32,000 bases of DNA. Source: Clostridium collagenovorans DSM 3089. GTDB taxonomy: Bacteria; Bacillota; Clostridia; Clostridiales; Clostridiaceae. The position numbers were made by a program, and so were the translations under genes. This document shows, one piece after another, positions 26,576-32,000 of this stretch. The stretch's first letter is position 1. Each line of letters starts with the position of its first letter. Below the pieces are notes generated by a model, which saw nothing but the letters and a program-made list of their open reading frames with translations, was not told the DNA's origin and made no database searches. The stretch lies in assembly GCF_900130005.1 (NCBI RefSeq), contig NZ_FQXP01000005.1, positions 313,746-345,745 of the forward strand, written 5' to 3'.

Positions 26576-26604
26576 AATTAAGACTCTATAATAGAGTCTT
26601 AATT
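26576..26604. repeat. Perfect 29-bp palindrome (14-1-14)
   Basis: aattaagactctat-a-atagagtcttaatt. It lies 82 nt after the peptidase stop and 130 nt before the EamA start. There is no U-tract on the transcribed (minus) strand. Confidence 0.9.
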
Positions 26605-26685
26605 ATATTTTATCCCCACTTTTAGCTCAACTTTATCCCCAAAGAGCCAAGTAACCACTTACTAAACCGTTATAGGCTTATATTT

Positions 26686-27756
26686 TTACTTTATACAAAT
26701 TAATTCTTTAGAAGTTTTTGTTAGAATTTCTACTCCATCATTTTTAACAACAACAGTATCTTCTATTCTAACTCCACCCCAATCAGGAATATAAAGACCT
26801 GGTTCTACAGTTACAACACAGTTTTCTTCGAAAACTCTGTTCCCCGCGTAACTTATAAATGGCTGTTCATGTAATTCTAAGCCCACACCATGACCTATAC
26901 CTGAATAATAGTATTCTATATACTTTTCTGAAGCTGCTCTTGCTAAATCATCTGGAGTCTTTGTTGAAACACCAGTTTTAATAGAGTTTTGAGCATCCTC
27001 TTGAGCCTTTTTCACCATATTATATATTTCTAGTTGCTTTTCATCAGGTGTGCCCATAACTATTGTTCTTGTCATATCAGAACGATATCCATTATACATA
27101 GCGCCATAATCAAATAATAAAAAATCCCCATCTTCTATTACTTTATCCCCTGGCTGCCCATGTAGAAGAGATGTTTTAGCACCTGAAATTAGAATAGTAT
27201 CAAAAGCAAGTCCATCTGCACCTTCTTTTTTCATATAATATTCTAATTCTAAAGATACTTCTTTTTCAGTCATTCCAACTTTAACGAAGTCTAATATTTT
27301 AGAAAAGGCTTTATCAGCAATAATTGCTGCTTTTCTTGTACATTCTATTTCTTCTTCATCTTTAACATATCTTAAATCTTCAATAATTCCATCAGTTGGA
27401 ACTAATTGAGCTGTAGTTAAACAATTCTTTAATTTTTCATATAAAGAAAAACTAACCACTTCTTGCTCAAAAGCAATTTTAGAAATATTATTCTCTTTAG
27501 CAATAGCTTCAACTGATTGTCCTAAAGTATTTCCTGGTCTTGCCCATTTTTCAACTATGAATCCTGGACATTGCTTTTCAGCCTGCTCCGTATATCTTCC
27601 ATCAGTAATTACATACTGTTTCTCAGGTGTTATAAATAAATACGCACCTGAATCAGTAAACCCACTAATGTATCTAACATTAGGAACCTTACTTATAAAG
27701 AATCCGTCAATCCCCTGACTTCTCATAACTTCTTTTAATCTACTTAATCTTTTCAT
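26686..27756 (-). CDS. M24 family Xaa-Pro aminopeptidase/dipeptidase
   Basis: Creatinase-like N-domain followed by a pita-bread domain, with FDYGAMYNGYRSDMTRT, HGVGLELHE and VEPGLY...GGVRIEDT metal-ligand motifs. I moved the start to ATG 27756. Confidence 0.88.
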   Translation of the reverse strand: MKRLSRLKEVMRSQGIDGFFISKVPNVRYISGFTDSGAYLFITPEKQYVITDGRYTEQAEKQCPGFIVEKWARPGNTLGQSVEAIAKENNISKIAFEQEVVSFSLYEKLKNCLTTAQLVPTDGIIEDLRYVKDEEEIECTRKAAIIADKAFSKILDFVKVGMTEKEVSLELEYYMKKEGADGLAFDTILISGAKTSLLHGQPGDKVIEDGDFLLFDYGAMYNGYRSDMTRTIVMGTPDEKQLEIYNMVKKAQEDAQNSIKTGVSTKTPDDLARAASEKYIEYYYSGIGHGVGLELHEQPFISYAGNRVFEENCVVTVEPGLYIPDWGGVRIEDTVVVKNDGVEILTKTSKELICIK

Positions 27757-27790
27757 ACAACTCACCTACTGTGTTTTAAAGTAAAGTATC

Positions 27791-28615
27791 CTATTTTCTT
27801 TTTGAATCATAAGAAGACATTTCTTTAGATTTCTCAGCACAAGCCATCATACCTTCAATAACAGCATTTCTCATGCCATATTTTTCCATAGCTATAACAG
27901 CATCTATAGTTGTTCCTGCTGGAGAACAAACCATGTCTTTTATTTCTCCTGGATGCTTTCCTGTTTCAAGAATCATTTTAGCTGTACCTAATACTGCTTG
28001 TGAAGCCATCTTGTATGCACTTGGACGTGTTAATCCTAATGCAACACCTGCATCAGCCATAGCTTCTACAAATAAGCATACATAAGCTGGAGATGATCCA
28101 CTAATTGCTATAAATGCATCTATGAAACTTTCTTTAAGTATTTCTACTTTTCCAAAACTTTGATATATTTCTTTAACTAAATCTAGTTCTTCATCACTAA
28201 TGTTTCTATTAGGACATAGAGCTGACATAGCTTCTGAAACTAAAGCTGGTGTATTAGGCATAGTTCTAACTAACTTTATACCTCTTTCAAAAGAATGTTC
28301 TATTTCAGCAATAGTTACTCCTGCCATTATACTTACTATAATACAATCCTTTTTAACCTTTGACTTTATTTCATCCGCAACTATTGGAAATATATTAGGT
28401 TTAACAGATAATATCAATACATCAGCTTCAGCTACAACTTCTAAGTTAGATTTAGTAGTCCTAACCCCTAACTCCTTCTCTGCTATATCTAAAGATGGTT
28501 GATATAAATCTGAAACTATGATATTTGTACTTGGTACAAGGTTAGATTTAATTATCCCCCCCATCATAGCTCTTCCCATATTTCCACAGCCTATAAAACC
28601 TATAATTTTATCCAT
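27791..28615 (-). CDS. proC: Pyrroline-5-carboxylate reductase
   Basis: IGFIGCGNMGRAM Rossmann motif, plus RTMPNTPALV and SPAGTT motifs. I moved the start to ATG 28615, after GAGGGGGA. Confidence 0.92.
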   Translation of the reverse strand: MDKIIGFIGCGNMGRAMMGGIIKSNLVPSTNIIVSDLYQPSLDIAEKELGVRTTKSNLEVVAEADVLILSVKPNIFPIVADEIKSKVKKDCIIVSIMAGVTIAEIEHSFERGIKLVRTMPNTPALVSEAMSALCPNRNISDEELDLVKEIYQSFGKVEILKESFIDAFIAISGSSPAYVCLFVEAMADAGVALGLTRPSAYKMASQAVLGTAKMILETGKHPGEIKDMVCSPAGTTIDAVIAMEKYGMRNAVIEGMMACAEKSKEMSSYDSKRK

Positions 28616-28646
28616 AACTAAATAAGTCCCCCTCAAGTATTTATAA

Positions 28647-28680
28647 GGAACCAAGGATACTCTCCTATATCCTTGGTACC
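28647..28680 (-). terminator. Strong hairpin between the glycyl radical enzyme gene and proC (terminator or processing site)
   Basis: 13-bp stem ggaaccaaggata / tatccttggtacc matching at 12 of 13 positions, 8-nt loop, weak U-tract (uuauaaau). Confidence 0.45.
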
Positions 28681-28764
28681 CATATTCCACACATTATATT
28701 GCTATACAATTCTTGCAATATACCCTCAAACATTATTAAGGGATCTTCTTAGTAAAGTTTATAA

Positions 28765-31146
28765 TTAGCAGCAGCTTGCTACTCCTTCTATCTCTTGTTC
28801 TGTTCTGTTTATGATTTCATCTTGTAATACTTTATTTAAATTACAGAAGTAATCACTGTATCCAGCAACACGAACTATTAAGTCCTTGTATTCATCTGGA
28901 TTTTCTTGAGCTCTCATTAAAGTAGCTCTGTCAACAACGTTAAATTGGATATGGTGTCCACCCATCTTGAAGTAAGATCTTACTAATTTAACGATATTAT
29001 TTAATCCATCATCACCAGCAACAACCCCTGGAGTGAATTTTTGATTTAATAGTGTACCACCAGTTTTTACGTGGTCCATTTTAGAAGCTGATTTAATAAC
29101 TGCTGTTGGGCCGTTTCTATCAGCGTTCTTTGATGGAGATATACCTTCTGAAGTTGGTAATGCAGATTTTCTTCCATCAGCACTTGCGCCCATTACTTTA
29201 CCAAAGTAAACGTGACAAGTTGTTGGAAGCATATCAATTCTGTAAGTACCACCATTTACAGTTGGTCTTCCATCTATAGATTTTTGGTACATATTAAATA
29301 CTTCTTTCATAATGTCATCAGCATAGTCATCATCGTTACCATACTTAGGAGTATTGTTACATACTAAGCTGTATACATCATTATGACCTTCGAAGTTATC
29401 TTCTAAAGCTTTCATTAATTCAGCCATTGAGAAGTTTTTATTATCGAATACATTGTATTTAATTGAAGATAAAGCATCTGTAATTGTTCCAATACCAACA
29501 CCTTGAACATATTTTACATTGTATCTAGCTCCACCAGCATTGTAGTCTTTTGCATTAGTGATACAGTCATCAATAACAACAGACATAAATGGTGAAGGCA
29601 TCATTGTAGCGTATATTCTTTCGATGATTTGGTTACCTTCAAGTTTAATTTCAACAAAGTGATGAACTTGTTTTGTATAAGCTTCGAATAATTCTTCGTA
29701 GCTCTTGAAGTCTTCAGCCTTACCAGTTTGTAAACCTATTTGTTTCTTAGTTCTTGGGTCGTAACCATTATTTAATGTAATTTCAAGAATCTTAGGTAAG
29801 TTAAAGTATCCTGTTAAAGCATAACACTCCTTACCAAAAGCACCAGTTTCAACACATCCACTAGTTCCACCACATCTAGCATCTTCGATAGATTTTCCAA
29901 CTCTTAACATTTCTTCAATAACTGTCTCTACGTTGAACATTGATGGCTGTCCAAATCCAGTTCTAACAATCTTAGCAGCTCTCTTAATAAAGCTATCTGG
30001 ATTTAGTCTACTTACTTGGATATTTGAACTTGGTTGTAATAATCTCATTTCTTCAATTACATCTAAAATCATAAATGTTACTTCATTAACAGCGTCCTTA
30101 CCTTCTTTAGTAACACCACCTAAGTTAATGTTACAGAAATCTGTGTAAGTTCCACTTTCCTCTAAAGTTATACCAACTTTTGGAGGAGCTGGTTGGTTGT
30201 TAAATTTAACCCAGAAACACTCTAATAATTCTGTAGCTTGCTCTTCAGTTAAAGTTCCAGCTTCATTTTCTTTTTTGTAGAATGGATATAAGTGACTATC
30301 TAATCTTCCTGGGCTGAATGAATCCCAAGTATTTAACTCGATAGTTACTCCTAAGTGTACAAACCAGTACATTTGTAATGCTTCACGGAATGTTCTTGGA
30401 GCATGTTCTGGTACCCATCTACAAGTTTCAGCTATTTCTAATAATTCAGATTTTCTTTGTGGACATTCTTCTTTAGCAGCTAATTCTTCTGCTAAATCTG
30501 CATGTCTGTGTGCAAATATAATTAATCCATCACAAACGATATCCATAGCTTTTAATTCAGCTTCTTTATCGTATGCTTGTACGTCATTTACGAAGTCTAA
30601 CTTAGCTATTTCTTCAGCTATTTGAGCTTTGAAATCTAAGAATCCTTTATGATAAATCTTGTCTCCACAAACTGCATGTCCTGGTGATCTTTGCTCCATG
30701 AATTCAGTAATAATACCTGCTTCATATAAGTCATGCCATTCTGGAGTCATTCTATCAAGTATAATTTTTCTTAAAGCTCTATTTTCCCAGTAAGGAATTA
30801 TTTCTTCCTTTTGGAATTGTTTTTTCTCTTCATTTACTCTAAAAGATATCTTTTCACGTCTGTCCATGATATCGAAATCTTCTAAAGTGTGACAACATAA
30901 TTCTGGATAGTTTGGTGTAGCAGCTGGTGCTGAACCTTTTTCCCCTACTATTAACTCTCCATCATTGATACAAACAGTTTTATTAGCCATAACATGTTTG
31001 AATGCTAATGCTCTTAAAACCGGTGTTGGTACTGTACCTTGATACATTTTGTAAGCTTCTGTTATATATTTTGCTCTTTCTAAGCAAATATATGGGTCAG
31101 CGCTAACACTTTGAGCTCTTAATTTTTTAACTCTTTCTGTCATCAT
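28765..31146 (-). CDS. hypD: Glycyl radical enzyme of the dehydratase (1,2-eliminase) class; by context trans-4-hydroxy-L-proline dehydratase
   Basis: C-terminal glycyl radical motif VRVAGYSDYF. Cys-loop GGTSGCVETG (Cys-x-Glu, dehydratase type, not the PFL Cys-Cys). Flanked by an activase and proC. Confidence 0.75.
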   Translation of the reverse strand: MMTERVKKLRAQSVSADPYICLERAKYITEAYKMYQGTVPTPVLRALAFKHVMANKTVCINDGELIVGEKGSAPAATPNYPELCCHTLEDFDIMDRREKISFRVNEEKKQFQKEEIIPYWENRALRKIILDRMTPEWHDLYEAGIITEFMEQRSPGHAVCGDKIYHKGFLDFKAQIAEEIAKLDFVNDVQAYDKEAELKAMDIVCDGLIIFAHRHADLAEELAAKEECPQRKSELLEIAETCRWVPEHAPRTFREALQMYWFVHLGVTIELNTWDSFSPGRLDSHLYPFYKKENEAGTLTEEQATELLECFWVKFNNQPAPPKVGITLEESGTYTDFCNINLGGVTKEGKDAVNEVTFMILDVIEEMRLLQPSSNIQVSRLNPDSFIKRAAKIVRTGFGQPSMFNVETVIEEMLRVGKSIEDARCGGTSGCVETGAFGKECYALTGYFNLPKILEITLNNGYDPRTKKQIGLQTGKAEDFKSYEELFEAYTKQVHHFVEIKLEGNQIIERIYATMMPSPFMSVVIDDCITNAKDYNAGGARYNVKYVQGVGIGTITDALSSIKYNVFDNKNFSMAELMKALEDNFEGHNDVYSLVCNNTPKYGNDDDYADDIMKEVFNMYQKSIDGRPTVNGGTYRIDMLPTTCHVYFGKVMGASADGRKSALPTSEGISPSKNADRNGPTAVIKSASKMDHVKTGGTLLNQKFTPGVVAGDDGLNNIVKLVRSYFKMGGHHIQFNVVDRATLMRAQENPDEYKDLIVRVAGYSDYFCNLNKVLQDEIINRTEQEIEGVASCC

Positions 31147-31152
31147 AATAGA

Positions 31153-32000
31153 TTACCCCCCAATCTTTACTTTTAAACCTACATTTTTGAAAATTTCTGA
31201 CAATTCATTCATTTTCGCATGTGATGGTTCTTGAATTTCTTGTAATTTAAGATCCATATTTAATCTTTTATATTTATCCATACCCATTTTGTGATATGGT
31301 AAAAGATTCACTTGAATAATGTTTAGGTTCTTTAATAATTCAGCAGCCTTTTTTAAATCTTCTATATCATCATTAACACCTGGTATTATAGGCATTCTGA
31401 TGTAAATATTTTTCCCCAAGTCCGATAACTTCTTCAAGTTATCCAAAATCAATTCATTTGGTACTGAGGTATAAATTTTGTGTTTATCACTATTCATATG
31501 CTTCAAATCATATAAGAATAAGTCTGTATAATCTACTATCTTTTCAAACTTATCCCATGATACATACCCACAAGTATCTATTGTAGTGTGTATGTCCATT
31601 CTCTTGCACTTCTTCATTACTTCTCTTAAAAAATCAGCTTGGATAAGTGGCTCTCCCCCTGAGAAAGTTACTCCCCCATTTGATTCATCATAGAATACCT
31701 GATCTTTCATAATTTCTTTAAATAACTCATCTACAGAAATATACTTTCCTTTAATAACCCTTGCTTCATTAATGCAATATTTCGAACATTCAGAGCAAAG
31801 TTCACAACTCTCAGAATTATATTTAAGTTTGCCATCAACAATTGATAAGGCGCCCTTTGGACAATGTTTTATACAATTTCCACAAGCCGTACACTTTTCT
31901 TCCCAGTACATTACTTCTGGTTCTAGATGCTGACTTTCTGGATTGTGACACCACCAACAATTAAGTGGACAACCCTTGAAAAATACTGTTGTACGTATGC
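31153..32000 (-). CDS. Glycyl-radical-enzyme activating protein (radical SAM with ferredoxin-like insert), 5' end outside the window
   Basis: The frame stays open above the ATG at 31911. The upstream in-frame translation reads ...FFKGCPLNCWWCHNPES, which is the CxxxCxxC motif. Two CxxCxxCxxxC clusters follow. The stop lies 6 nt before hypD. Confidence 0.9.
   Translation of the reverse strand, partial: IRTTVFFKGCPLNCWWCHNPESQHLEPEVMYWEEKCTACGNCIKHCPKGALSIVDGKLKYNSESCELCSECSKYCINEARVIKGKYISVDELFKEIMKDQVFYDESNGGVTFSGGEPLIQADFLREVMKKCKRMDIHTTIDTCGYVSWDKFEKIVDYTDLFLYDLKHMNSDKHKIYTSVPNELILDNLKKLSDLGKNIYIRMPIIPGVNDDIEDLKKAAELLKNLNIIQVNLLPYHKMGMDKYKRLNMDLKLQEIQEPSHAKMNELSEIFKNVGLKVKIGG

Noticed and set aside
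3114-30148. Seventeen short track ORFs lying antisense inside well-supported genes: 3114-3305, 4254-4652, 4674-4913, 9756-10049, 10950-11177, 12676-13008, 13566-14030, 16131-16400, 16857-17165, 17767-18087, 19219-19557, 20546-20788, 22297-22488, 22858-23040, 27873-28085, 28200-28502 and 29933-30148
   Set aside because: Each is fully or largely embedded antisense in a gene with clear family motifs. They have low-complexity or hydrophobic-looking translations and no RBS. Such shadow ORFs are typical of AT-rich genomes.
1-32000. Defence island, prophage, transposon or other mobile element
   Set aside because: No integrase, transposase, recombinase, restriction-modification, cas, toxin-antitoxin or phage structural genes are seen. 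No flanking tRNA or long terminal inverted repeats are present, and gene content and synteny look like core chromosome.

Overview
AT-rich, Clostridium-like (class Clostridia) chromosomal window, mostly core genes. No tools were run: every call comes from reading the ORF translations and the DNA by eye. No rRNA, tRNA, CRISPR-cas, transposase, integrase or phage genes were seen.

Gene content, left to right:
- A 5'-truncated TPR regulator-like gene, convergent with a secreted protein made of seven tandem copies of one invariant peptide.
- An MBL-fold hydrolase, a TIM-barrel protein and a MATE exporter.
- nrdD and nrdG (anaerobic ribonucleotide reductase and its activase).
- A cadC/cadA-type metal-efflux pair with a recognisable promoter and operator.
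- A small DUF3006-like gene.
- A long minus-strand run: lgt, a lipoprotein gene, mrp, two unknown genes, then the conserved block rsmA(ksgA)-rnmV-yabE-tatD, a DUF445 gene, and metG with a Met T-box leader.
- An AT-rich gap holding an ORF missing from the track and a C-rich sRNA candidate.
- An EamA transporter gene.
- A hydroxyproline-utilisation cluster: glycyl-radical-enzyme activase (runs off the right edge), HypD-like glycyl radical dehydratase, proC and an M24 Xaa-Pro peptidase.

Best candidate for something undescribed: the secreted poly-peptide precursor at 943-1566, which sits next to the TPR regulator. I read it as a possible multi-copy pheromone or quorum-sensing cassette.

Secondary leads:
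- A two-domain acidic-linker protein sitting where B. subtilis has yabG.
- A 70-bp tandem duplication at that gene's 3' end.
- An ECF-type promoter pointing antisense toward yabE.
- A C-rich sRNA candidate at about 25265-25357.
- A perfect 29-bp palindrome at 26576-26604.
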